This document shows, in pieces, positions 35,701 to 48,100 of a DNA stretch of 64,000 bases (the first letter of the stretch is position 1; every line of letters begins with the position of its first letter). The translations under genes and the position numbers were made by a program. The stretch comes from Balanoglossus misakiensis. Taxonomy: Eukaryota; Animalia; Hemichordata. The stretch covers positions 11,346,655 to 11,410,654 of the forward strand of contig CM082590.2 of NCBI GenBank assembly GCA_040954595.2. The letters are read 5' to 3'. The notes under the pieces were generated by a model. The model saw only the letters and a program-made list of their open reading frames with translations, searched no databases and had not been told where the DNA came from.

Positions 35701-38700
35701 AAGTCAACGTCAAAGTGTTTCCATCACAGCATGTTTTATCTTGAAGTCATCATCAGCAGAAATTTCATCTCCATCCCATCTGGCAATGGGAAATTCCTGA
35801 AAAGCATCCAATCATGCTTTTTTTTTTTGCACTGCAGGTTAAGACCACTGAGATTGACAACCAGAAAATCAAATATCAACGTCTGCAGAAAACGTCACAA
35901 GACAAACAAATGGAACTGCATGAAGAAATCCGAGCATTGAGGGATGGATTGACTCAGTTGGATAAGGTGAGGCATACATTCATAGTATGAAGACATCATT
36001 CAATCACAAAGAATGAACCTTAGACAGGATCTCTGTTGACATATTACCATGTATCAACATTTGATTAATTCAGCATCTTAAACCAAACACTCTAATGGGT
36101 CTAAATTCTTTTTATCTAGAATGTTATCTAGAATACTGTGTGTGTGTGTCATACAAAAAAGTAAATGTCGCACGTAATCAGCTTTTTACCCTAGCTTGTT
36201 CTACTGTACCTTCATTGCATTGGACTGATAATTTGAATGCTGATATCAGATAAGTTAATGCCACTTTTCAAAAAATGGATGGTTTGTGTTTCATTGCAGG
36301 AGAAAAGCAATTTGGTGAAACAGATCCACCGAATGGAGAATGAACATGAAGGGCCTCTGTTCGCCTTGCAACAAGTCAACAAACATCTGAAGGAGAAACA
36401 TGATAAACTTCTTAAGAAGTATGAAGAGTTGTTGAAACAGAGGGATGATCTGGTGAAGAAACATGTGACAACGGAACAGGAAAGAAGTGATTTGCAACGA
36501 GAAGTGGAAGATTTGAGAGAAAGATTGGAGATGGGAGCTGTGGCTTGGACTGAAAAATATAAAGAGTGCAAGAAACTGGCAACCAAAGTGAAAAAATTGA
36601 AAAGGAGTTCATCTTTTACAACAGATCAACAAACAACATTTGCTGATGGAGGTAAGGAAGACATTTGTCTCCATTCATTTGTCTCCCATTTCATGGTGGA
36701 CATTTGCGGATAAAATTGAGGTAAAAGTTTGCAGTAAATGGGGCCACCAGTAAACAAGTTTATCTCTGATGCTTCTCCATTCCTTGTTTTGACTGACACA
36801 GTCTATTTTCATCAGTTTTGTATTTTGTACTTTCTCAACTACAACTTCATGATTTTTTTTATCCAAAGATGTAACTGAAGAAGTGGTGTTGACAAAATCA
36901 AGTGACGAAGGAAAAGAAGAAAGCAGTCAGTCTGTGGATAGTGACCAACCATTAGCATTTGACAGTGTATTGCACACTCAACTCAACGATTTGGAGAAGG
37001 AATTGCAGGAACGAGAGCAGAAATATAAAACCTACAAAAAACGCTATCAGGTATGAATAAGTGTTACTCTTTTGAAAGTTTTCGTTGCTAATAAAAATGT
37101 CGACAAATCAATAATGACTACACTGTAACTGAATATTTCTGTGATATTGCCGTTAGATTACAACAGCGTTTAAACAAGCGAAAATAACAGACAGGGGAGA
37201 CATGTCTTGTTGTCAGTTTTATTTGGAGGTTGCAAATTGAAAGTTATGATGTGTTTTTGCCGCTGCATGTAGGAGGAGAAAGTTAAAGTTGTTGATTTGG
37301 AAAAGAAGCACAAAGAAGATATTGCTGGGATGACGAAGAAACTTGATGAAGAAAAGGAGATCAATCAAAAATTGAACAGAGAAATTGAAGAGTTGAGAAG
37401 CCAACTTGGACACTACCAGTTTGTAGAGGTAAATCTTTCATTGTATTTTTTTTTTTGTGTGTGTGTGTGTGAGGGGGGGGGGGGTCAAATTAAATATTTT
37501 CCATATAGAACCAGGCTTTATTTGAACAATAACATACACTCCAATAACCTATGGGTGAATTTGCCATTTTGGGAACATACCACTTTTTGCTATGTTTACG
37601 AATGTTTTGATCGTGCAACAACCTTGGCATTGACAATGATATGGCATTTACAGGAAGAAGTCAATCTTCTAAGAGAGGAATTGGTCAGAGAGAAGTCTGA
37701 ACAGCAAAAGAAGGATGAAGAGTATATGGTCTTACTGCGACAGATTGAAAGCTCTGATTTATCCCTTCGCCCGACTATTGAAAACCAGAGAGACACAGTT
37801 GATGATGACATAGATGAGACATCGAACCAAGTGTTTCCAAATCCGTATGAAGACGAAGCAAGAGTGTTGAGACAACAACGCTTGAATGGAAGGGATGGAC
37901 CCACCCTCATTCCAAGAGGAGCACAGGCAATACCACTTCCTGGACTACCAATAAGACAACAACCATTTGGACATCAAATGTTTCCAATGAGACAACCACC
38001 ACCACCACCATTTCGACTCCAGCGGCCACCACCTCTAGGAGGCGCCCACTTGCCACCACCTTTGCAGCCAGAAGTTTTGCCAACAGCCAGAGAAGCCGCT
38101 GTTCGGAGTGCCATCAACATCGAAGCCAAAACACCACCACCACCACCAGCAGCAGATGAGCAGGCTGTCTTACAAGAAGTGCTTGATGAAGCCTCTATGA
38201 TGTCTGACCCGAAACCTGCTGCAGATGATGTCTGCATTGATGTGGACACGGAGAACCATGAAGCCCACTCAGCTTCATCTGTGGATGAGACCGCAGCAGA
38301 AGAAAGGCAAGTCAAATCTTTTATAAGTTGTAGAGAGAGACAGGTGGGGAACATTACATTATGTGGGGAATGTGTACACACTGATTTGAACACAGACAGA
38401 CAGGTTGACAGAGGCTAGGACTTGGACACAGTAACAGATGTACAATCGGGATAAAAAACTGTATGTTGTAGTGGATACATTTCTTCAAATTTCTTTGCAT
38501 TAGCTGTTCACCTCTACTTGGAATGCAGAGGATTTTCTTGCTTCACTTGTACTATCGTTGATGTTTAATTTTGTGGGTTTTTTTCATCCAGGGATGATGG
38601 TCCACAAGAATTCCATGATGCTCCAGAATTCCCAGAGGAAACTTCCATGAAATGGTGTCCGATATGCCATCTTCTGTTTCCACCATCTTGTCCCCAAGAC

Positions 38701-38832
38701 ACGTTTGATCAGCATGTGCAGAGTCATTCTGGAAGAATTTGTCCCATGTGTGGAGTCAAATTCCCAAAAGACCCAGAAACCCAGCAGAGTTTCGAACGCC
38801 ACGTGCAGGAACATTTTGAACAAGATGGCTAA
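32705..38832 (+). CDS. TAX1BP1: TAX1BP1/CALCOCO-family selective autophagy receptor (SKICH, LIR, coiled coil, two UBZ zinc fingers), about 1004 aa, 13 coding exons
   Basis: Exons 32705-32813, 32932-33111, 33637-33977, 34240-34344, 34610-34849, 35039-35227, 35505-35642, 35838-35966, 36300-36651, 36869-37050, 37273-37428, 37654-38306, 38592-38832 (3015 nt; the last intron is GC-AG). SKICH motifs FAQVIFQNV, DWIGLYKVGW, YYLPKEDGEFYQF, GASTPFQF; UBZs CPIC..FDQHVQSH and CPMC..FERHVQEHF. Confidence 0.92.
34856..34918. mobile_element. Tiny piggyBac-like MITE in a TAX1BP1 intron
   Basis: TTAA|CCCTTTCAC...GTGAAAGGG|TTCA: a 9-bp perfect terminal inverted repeat with TTAA-type flanks; a related copy lies at 24598-24680. 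Confidence 0.6.
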
Positions 38833-40127
38833 AAAGCAGACTTTTCACTGAAAAATGACATTAATAATTAAATATGATTTTTGTAGTGAAACAGTGGCAT
38901 GCAGTGCATGATTGGACCTTTGGCAGCCAGTGTGATTTGACCCTGTAGGTCAGTGTCGCTTTCCATGTTTTAACTTGTGATGGTCTCGTTTTGTTTCAGA
39001 TTATGTTGGTTTTCTTATGTGGGTTTGTCAAGTATATAGAATAAATATTGTACAGATTGTGTTTTCAAGAAATATTATAAACAAGCTGCATGCTTCTCAT
39101 TCAATTTACACTAAATAAAATTATTACTTATGAATGCATTTTAATATATCTAACTATGATTGTCATTAAGCTATTGGTTTGTGTTTCATTTATCATACAA
39201 GCAGTTGGAGTTTTATGGATTACTTTCGTACACAAGCGATTGGAATAGCATGGAACACATCAGTTTATTTAGCAGCAATTTCTTTCATTTGCATTTTTGC
39301 CGTGCCTTGAATCATTACATGACTTTTTATTCTTGATTTAAAAACACTTTTATAGAAAGACATGTTTTTCAACTGGATGAAAATAGAATGCTGTAACCAT
39401 TCTTAATTTACATTTACATGTATAAATTACACATGTCTGTATGGGAAAGTGTATCTAAGAATTGTATTACCCTTCAACGTTATTGCCACTTTGAACATAT
39501 TTTAATCGGATCTGCTAATGAATCATTATGTACAATTAGATGATCAATAATATTCTGCTTCTATCTTGTCAACAAGTGATGCATGTTCTGCTCGATGAAT
39601 ACAGTTGTTATAACTCAGTTAATACCCTGTATACAGTTTTTTTTTATATTGGCCAAAAATTCAATAATGGGTGAATTGTACTGTAATATCAGTGATTGGC
39701 CAAAATTTCAGTGAGACAAAGAATATGAACAAATATCAAAAGAATCTCAAATCTCAAAAGTCAGTGACTTTGTTCATTAAATCAACTGATTCAAGAAACT
39801 GTATACCCATAAATTTAAGTAGATTTATTGGTGGTTGATCAATTCTGGGACTTGTATAATTTTCTACCAGTCACTGAAGTTTCTGACCCATTGAGAAGCA
39901 CCAGATACATATTTGACCTAAATGTGTCACAAAACATGCACAATTTGAACATCATGTTTAAAATTCATTGCATAAGTATTTTCAGCAACCTACTGTAAGA
40001 GATGTAACAGATTATATTACAAAAATAAAAATTAAAAAATGAACTTCATTTGTAAATGGCTGTTCTTTCATTGCCGTATAGTATAGGTGTCAATTTAACA
40101 TGAACGTTATACTGATGTTTGTCAATG

Positions 40128-40435
40128 TATGTCTGTCTGTCTGTCCGTCAATCTGTCTGTCTCAAGAAAGCCTAAAGGATTCCAGCCAAATTTGATGTTA
40201 CAGGTAGGTTAGAAATGACAAGAAAAAGATGATTAATGAAGTTGCCAAAGATTCTTTTCTTGTGCCTATGGAGAACAGCATGGCAATATTGGCAAATTGT
40301 GGCTCAATGTGGAGAATGAAGGCCAGCTTTAAAGCTAACTCAGACCACGACTTGAGACAAAGTAACTGAGATATGACTGTTGCAAGGGGGCGCTCGTCAT
40401 ATTTTGACAACAGGCGAGGCTCGCCTAAACTTATG
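40128..40435. mobile_element. Degenerate interspersed repeat with a (GTCT)n microsatellite (DINE-1/HINE-like non-autonomous element)
   Basis: gtatgtctgtctgtctgtccgtc at the 5' part and a short hairpin aggcgaggctcgcct near the 3' end; 40377-40397 matches 22042-22062 in inverted orientation at 20/21. Confidence 0.4.
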
Positions 40436-40485
40436 AACAAACTTGGCTGAAAAATATACATAATGATACAAGAAAACCTAGAATT

Positions 40486-40750
40486 TTGGATCATAACCTT
40501 GAAATAGAATTGGGTAGAAGGTCAATTCCAAAAGTTCCTGTAAATGAAAGATTCTGCAAACATTGTAAGTCTTTAGTAGAGGATGAATTTCACTTTGTTA
40601 TAGAATGTCCAAAATACAGCGCTTATAGAGACATTCTATTTTCATCCACAAGTTTATATAATCCTGGCTTGATTTGAATGAAAGAGAAAAGTTCATGTAT
40701 ATCTTTACTCAAAAAGATAAACTTCCTCTCGTGAAATTTATATCTAGTAC
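40486..40750 (+). mobile_element. 3' fragment of a non-LTR retrotransposon ORF2 (CR1/L2-group C-terminal zinc-knuckle region), decayed
   Basis: HNLEIELGR..VNERFCKHCKSLVEDEFHFVIECPKYSAYR has the typical C-x2-C..EDE.HF..C signature; there is no RT core upstream. Confidence 0.8.
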
Positions 40751-42024
40751 TTTAGTTCCACCCCCAGCATCATCCTCCAGTTGAGTTGTGTACATTTTGC
40801 CTTTCCGCACTCAATGAAAAAGTTATTATTTTTTGCTCAACAACACACTCAGGGAACGCAGCCCCCTTAGGACTTAAACAAAGTAATTGCATTTTCCTGC
40901 CGCTGGGGGCGCACTATTGACCTTCGACCTATAACCTCACGTGTATCGTAGTCTCGGTTACCCAGACTACAGCCGGACAAGAAGAACGTGCAAAGCCCGA
41001 AATTGCATCAAATTTTCGGTCAACAAGCGCCCGTGGTTTTAATATAGGTTACCCAATCCTCACCCCTTCAAGTAGCAGACTGTATTCACAGAAAAATTGC
41101 GGTGAGCTACTATTTTTGTATCATTTATTGCCGCGTGTAGGTGGGCGTGGCTGGCTCACGCTGACGGCCATGGGTGGGCGTGGTTGGCACCAATTAGATA
41201 CACCTAGTGTTTACAGTTTAGTCGCATTGAAATGCCCAAAGTTCTTTATTAATTCAGGCCTTGGTGAACCGTCAGTGCGAACCAGCGACCTAACCAGCAC
41301 GCCAAGGCTACAATTACAGCTACAGGGCACCCAAAACAGCGTAGTCGGTACAAAAACCCAGCCCCGCCAAGCAGAGCTCTAAAGGCGTAACCACGTGGTA
41401 GTTCCATGGTTTAACCATGGACGTTTAACGTAGCCGTCCTGTCTCCTGGGTTCGAAGGGGCCTGGCTCCAAAAATGTACGGTTATTCCCACAGGTAACCC
41501 ATTCCGAACACAGGGAGCTCTTCCGCCTCCTTAATTAATATTGTGTATATTTTTTCTAGATTTAGGCGTCTTTAAATCTAATATAGAGTCTTAGAGAACA
41601 AGATTGCAAATGCAATGTGAAGAGACACTTTTTAAAACAAACATATCCATATCCAACATGTTCCAATGAATTTGAGCACAAGTTGCTCTCCTTTGACCTG
41701 TTTTTGGTCACATTTATTATAAGTTTTCATATCTGTTTGACTTCTTGAGACTAAATATTGTAGGTTATTGTAAGCAACCTCCACCATGCTTGTAGATAGA
41801 CTAGAGTAATTATTTTATTGATTATTTCAGTTAAGGTAGATCGTTGTTTTTACACTGAGAAATTTATGAGATATTCCATGTATTCTTGATATCACAGAAA
41901 GTTCAGAAAGAGCATAAACTTTGTCCTTTTAACCCTTAACACTTTTATTTAGAGAATAAATTAATGCATATACTAAGACTCATATTATATCATATGATCA
42001 TTGAATTTTTAGATTGCTTTAAAA

Positions 42025-45000
42025 ATGACAACTCAAGAAAGATGTCAGAAGACACAGTTGATGGATATCGTGTGGCAGCCATTCATTATCCAAGGAAAAC
42101 AATTCTTCATCAAATACCTCATCAACAATGATAGTTATGAATTACTGATGACAGATACTGTATGTGTATGGTATGAAAACTGTGATTGTAAAAGTTTGAA
42201 GAAAAGATCAAAGGTAAGACTGAAGTAAGACTTAAAGTCACTCATATGTGTAAAGCAGGAAAAGCATGGTCGAGATGGCAACTAAGTTACACAAGCAAAG
42301 TAAAAAAGCACCATATTTCTTAATCTGAATGCATGGTGTTTGGTAATGTTAAAATATTGTCCAAATATAGAGAACCTTAATTTTGAAAACAGATGATGTT
42401 TATGTGTATATTTGTCTGTCTATCTGCCTGCTTGCCTGTCTTTCTGTTGCAACTTACATGGCACAAACTATAATTCTCCAAATATATTTGTACTTTTCTA
42501 CAGAAATTAAACCCATCAGTAGAAGCACCAGTTAGAAGATTATTGGAGCACCTACAGAATAATGTTGAGAATCAGCAAAGAGATTGTACTTATGCAATTG
42601 AAGAGGAATCACCTGATACTCTTGTTTTGTGCATAACATCAAAGTTGGCAGAAGGAGTACCTTTCACCTGGAAGTTTAAGTGTCAAGTTGCTGATTCTAA
42701 TATGGTATGTTTAGCACAAATTTGATGATTGTCTAGGTATGCACATAGGTGCTATTGGTCAAAACTTAGTTTGCAAGTGAATGAATGAATGTATACACCC
42801 ATACAGTTAAAAGGATTATGTCTTTAAGTATATCCACATGGTAGCACACTTTATTGCATGGCCACACAAACAGTGGAAATCAATGATTGGCTATATCTCA
42901 ATTCTCCATGGTAATAGTGGCTAAATTTGCATGACTGTATACCTTTATTAGCAGATCTGTCAATATATTCTCATCACCATTTTTGTTTCTTTATTTCAGA
43001 CATCATCTCATTTGATTGTTCCTTTACTCACAATGGTTTCTGAATTGCAACGACGACAAGTACACTTACAGAAACTATTGAACAAAAAAGATGCTGAAAT
43101 TGAAGATTACAAACTGAATGGTGCTAAAGTCTCAAGAAGTGAGTATAGGATTAATTCGGAATCTACAAATTAATGAGTTCTTGAAATTTAAATTAGATGA
43201 CAACCCAGATGCAGTGTGTGGTTGTCACAGTCCATAGCCTTACATGTAGAATGTTGAGAAAACATAATATCATATATTATAAGCTCCCTTTTGGATTATT
43301 TACATGTATTTTACATGTCTTATATTTACATGTCTTTGTATTTTAGGAGTCCAGATATCCATGACACATTACTTACATGTATATATGCCACCTTTGTGTG
43401 TACCAGTTAGAATCATACAGTGACACAGCATCTTGACACTTTTCATATTTTACACTTTGACAGAGCATCTGGAAACTGTACCATTTGACGAATCCCTGTT
43501 TCAGAGTGAAATGAGCAAATCTCAGGTAAGAGCATATAGTTTTTCTTTTATCTTGTCGGATAAACAACAAAAGATTACAGTGTGTATAGCTTCATTTTCT
43601 TCACATGCCGGCGATTCGCGACCTAGTTTTGAGTGACCGTGTTGGACAGAGATGCTGGGCTGGTGTCGTGTCGTGTGGCAGGGTTTTGAAGCAAATGGAT
43701 TTGACAAGTCTCGGGAAAGACAAGCCGTAATGTTACAGACATAAAACTGTGTCTGTCCATGAAACGTATTGACAACGTTTAAGCGAAAGGAAGTTCCAAC
43801 GGGTGTTGGCCATCAATTTGTCGTGTACCTCGGCAGTCGCGTTAGATGTAGAACCCAATCTGGACAATGTGACCCCTTTTTTGATGTGATATCCACCGAA
43901 GACTTTTAACGCTCATTTTGAGTGAGAACCACCTGTTGATCATAAAGTAAGTACATAGATGGACCACTTTTCAAATTTGTAATGAGACATGTGTTTGTTG
44001 AGAATTTGGATTGGCAATGTGTGCATTTATTTGTAAATTGTCCCACAGATCATAGTCCCTGCTATCCTGAGGGGCTGTGCATGGATGTAGTCTGGGGTGA
44101 CTTTATAAGTATTGGGTTCTTTATTACTGTTATCTGCCTTTACTGAACCAGACATGTTAATTTTGATAGTTAGAATTATATCATTCAGCATCACACAACA
44201 GAAACAATGCCTACACTGTATCCCTGGCACAAGGACGACTAAGCAATTGTTGGCAATCACTTAATTGATGCTAACCTTTGTGGGAAGGAGTGCAAAGGGT
44301 AACACTTCACAGAGACTCATGGACACACATAACAGCAGACAGGGCAGTTAACATGAAGTGGTTGATATGCAGGAAATGTCTGATTGGCCTGATTGCTGGC
44401 TGTGATGAAAGGTCCATCATCATTTAGCTACTATTAGCTGCTGTATAATACACTCTGACAAGATCTAAAACATCAGGAGAAATGATGATGAGATCTTCTA
44501 CACCATCCTTTTATAAAGCGATGGACATGCTTATAGCTACCTTCATGGAACCTGCAGAATGCACACTGTTGTCCACACCACAACCTTGAAGGTGATTGGT
44601 GCACTCAATGACAACAGATGTATCACTTACAATATGCAGATTCATGTGACTTTGCAAACTCACCCAATCAGTTACCTTATTAATCATGTTTGGTATTCAA
44701 ATATTTTCCTGACTTCAATGGCATTGAATTGGTCAGTTCTTGAACAAAATAAAAAATCATATCTTGACACATATGCATGTCATGTGTTTGTCAGTGATTG
44801 TTTTATGATTGATCCAATGCAGTATCAAGTTAGAGTAGCTTGTCAGGTTCGCATGAGTGTTTCATTAAAAAAATTTCATACCTTTTTCATACAAGTGTTA
44901 GACAGTGTAATATGATTGAACTATCAGTACAACTGTAAAGTGTAACATAAGCTTACCAGTTCTGATCAACAAGGAACACATTGTCTTCAGCGTTATTTGT

Positions 45001-46260
45001 GACTCAGGCATAGTTGTGTAAAGGCTTGCAATCTCGCTCTTGCCTGTGCAGACCACAGAAAATAGGATGCAGCCCTGTTGCCATTTTGTTGATTAAACAG
45101 CGCCCTCACTCATCCAAAATGTTTCATTGCAGAGTTTTGAGAAAGAAGTCAAGGAACATGGCAGAAGACCATTTAATGCCATGGGACAAGATTTGTATCA
45201 ACAAATAATGATGAAACGTTCATGGCTGGAAGAAAAGAAAGAATCTGGTATGTTACCTTAGCAACATTTCTATTCAGTAAACTGTTTCCTTGGTTACAGA
45301 GATGAGTCAATGTCTGTGCATACCTTTTCATGATGATGCAAGTTAGCGGTTGTTGTTGTTGTTGTTATTGTTGACATGGACTTACTCTGTTGATTGGGAA
45401 GCCATTTCAATTTTCAGCTGCCCTTTTGTGCATTGTATATAAACTTACTGTAAATTTAAATCCAGGGTAGCTGTTGAAAGCTGTATCATTATAGGATGTC
45501 TTGAATTCATCAAACTTTGTTGACCAAGGGAACTAGTTTATTGTTACGTTACTCAACAAACACAATTTCTTTATGCCAAGACACATTTACAAGAAATAAA
45601 GTAGCATTTGGCAAGAGGCAACATTTCGGTTAACCAACTGTTGATCACATGATGCTTAATTGAGTCACTGACAGTGACCTCAAATTCCTTCATTAAAGTT
45701 TGTCAAGTATCACACATGAGCATGACATCAAGGGTGAACACCCAGTTTTCTTCAACTTCAAAAAGACTTCTCACATATTTACATACAAGATAGTAAAATG
45801 TACATCATCAGAAATACCTGCTTGAATCATTCTTCAATTTATTATTTAGGTGAAGGAAAAACAGTTGTTTCACCTGAAAAAACAGCAAGTACTTCTGAAG
45901 GACATTCACCAACAAGGCCATCCCCAAACATATCCCCAGCGAAATCCTTGTCACCTGTCAAGGTAAGATTTCATTAACGTTCAGCCATTCTCAATTTCTT
46001 GCTCTCAGAAAATTCAAACATGACTCGAAATCAAACAGCATTGTTATCAATGGATACTCACACCTTGGATGTCAATTGTAGTGCCACAGTCTAAGGTCCA
46101 AATGTGTGGCACGCACTACAAATTAAACAGGTCCCTTGTTTCTCCTTTCTCTCTGCAGGACACAGAGTTGATGCGGAGAAAGGCACTAGAAAAACGACTA
46201 GCTCAAGAAGAAAGTAAATTAGCAACACAGAAAAAGAAAACGAAAAAGGGGTTATTCTGA
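42025..46260 (+). CDS. NHEJ1: Non-homologous end-joining factor 1 (XLF/Cernunnos), 306 aa, 7 coding exons
   Basis: Exons 42025-42213, 42504-42704, 43000-43138, 43464-43525, 45133-45247, 45850-45962, 46159-46260 (921 nt). Motifs: YELLMTDTVCVWYE, KKLNPSVEAP, SKLAEGVPFTWKFKC, HLIVPLLTM..ELQRR, KKDAEIEDYK.NGAKVSR.HLET.PFDE, and a C-terminal Ku-binding motif KKKTKKGLF. Confidence 0.93.
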
Positions 46261-48057
46261 ATGTAAGATTAACTAGAGGAAGAGAAAGGCCTCCTGCAAA
46301 TGTGCCCAGATGCACATGTATGCATGATGTTTGGTATTTGAAGATGTTGCTCCTGAAATACCACTCTCTGTTTAATAATAATATGTGTACGTACCTTTCC
46401 TAATATTTTACAGTATTTTAAAGTTGGCCCATTCGGAGATTAGGGTGTATGCAGACGATGAAAACTTTGAATTTAGCTGTTGCCATAGGATCACATTGTA
46501 AATTGACAGAAACTCCATTTCGAGTACTATTTTTATTGACAAATAGAATTGTAATAAATTGAAATTAAACTCAGTAATTGAATAAAATGGTATGGTCTCC
46601 ATGTTTAATTTAAAAATAAACATTGTCAGTGAAAAAAAATGTTGACTATGCAGTTTTCCTCATAAACTTATAAGGAAATGGATTGATATTTCAAAGGCTT
46701 TACTCCGCCTAGGTACTCATGCAAAAACCAGGGCTTGAAAACTGCCTCTTTAAGACAACTTTCCATCTCTTTTCAACTTTTCATCTCTTGCGAAATAGCT
46801 TGCTTTCCCACGTCTGACCGACTGTCATAAAACATCGCAGTTTCTGTTAAAGGACTTACCTGAATGACTCATGTTCTATTTCAGTCCATCAATGTTTTGA
46901 AAATACGCTATCAAATCGAAGCTTGTTTGTATGACTCAGATGTTTGTCCATGGGAAAATCAATATGTTGTACATCTGCTGTGAGTCATGAGGAGACTACA
47001 GTGGAATCTCTGCTTTGACCAGATTTAGGACGACGGAGAAAGCAAACTGAAAGCCCTCTTATTTGATATCTGCACCCTCTCTATCCATTTATGTTGTCAG
47101 TGTCTGTGTCTGTAGCATATATCAAACTGATGTCTTTTCTGGTTCCCTTGCACACTTAGTAATGTCAGCCTATGTTTCATCCATTGATGACATGTAAACT
47201 AAATGTGTTACATGTATTTATAGTATAGTGCTGCACTATATTGGCAAAGCCATACCTGGACATTACAATTGAAAGCTTTCATCATTTAATTTTTAGTCAG
47301 TACCAAAAATGATATCGCTGAGGTGTTCTGTTATACCCATGAAAAAGATACAGGTTGACTTTCTAACAACTGGCCATTTCAGCATGTTTCAGTGAGCAGA
47401 ATAAAAATCTAAGAGAGCAAAAAGTTAGCAATGTTGTCCCTTTAAATTGGCCAAGTGAGAAGAGATGCTTCTTGTAATAATGACCCTTCCTGACTTTGGA
47501 TGACTCAAGGTTATTTATTGATTTGTATTTTGTGGCGATAACGCTTAGTAGGGCATCGGTATCCACCGCACATATATCTGACAGTTCAAATTAGATTCTT
47601 GATTAGCGTTGGCTTGGATTGTAATCACCAAAGCCTTTAAATTGACAAGATGATACATATCCTGTTCAGTGGTTGATAGCTTTCACCGCAATCTGTATCA
47701 GTGTAAGAGGCACATTTCAATAGAGCTTTAGCATGTTAAACCAGCAAGTACAGAAATCAAAGTTTCACTTGTACACGTTCTCTATTCTAGCCTATAATAA
47801 AACTACAAGCGTACCACAGTGTATGTCAACCGGTCTATTATTGTAACTTACACTAAATCGGTTTCACTTTTGTTACAGTGCTGCTGTGTTCGAAATGAAA
47901 ACTGCGAATGAAAAACAACTACGACTACACTAGTGCCTTGCTTAGAATTGTGGTTATCTCCATGGCAACAGCATTGTCGACGTCAAGGTAATTAATTCAT
48001 AAAATTATATGTGTCTGTGCGGAGTTGTTTTCGTATGTGCTGTAACCCCTGTTGTAT

Positions 48058-48100
48058 TTACGTGCGTGCGTGCGTGTGTGCTGCGTGCGTGCGTGCGTGC
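48058..48100. repeat. Imperfect (CGTG)n microsatellite
   Basis: tacgtgcgtgcgtgcgtgtgtgctgcgtgcgtgcgtgcgtgc. Confidence 0.85.

Noticed and set aside
45300-45341. Possible 42-nt phase-1 cassette exon in NHEJ1
   Set aside because: It needs a 52-nt upstream intron and a weak donor, and the gene is complete without it.
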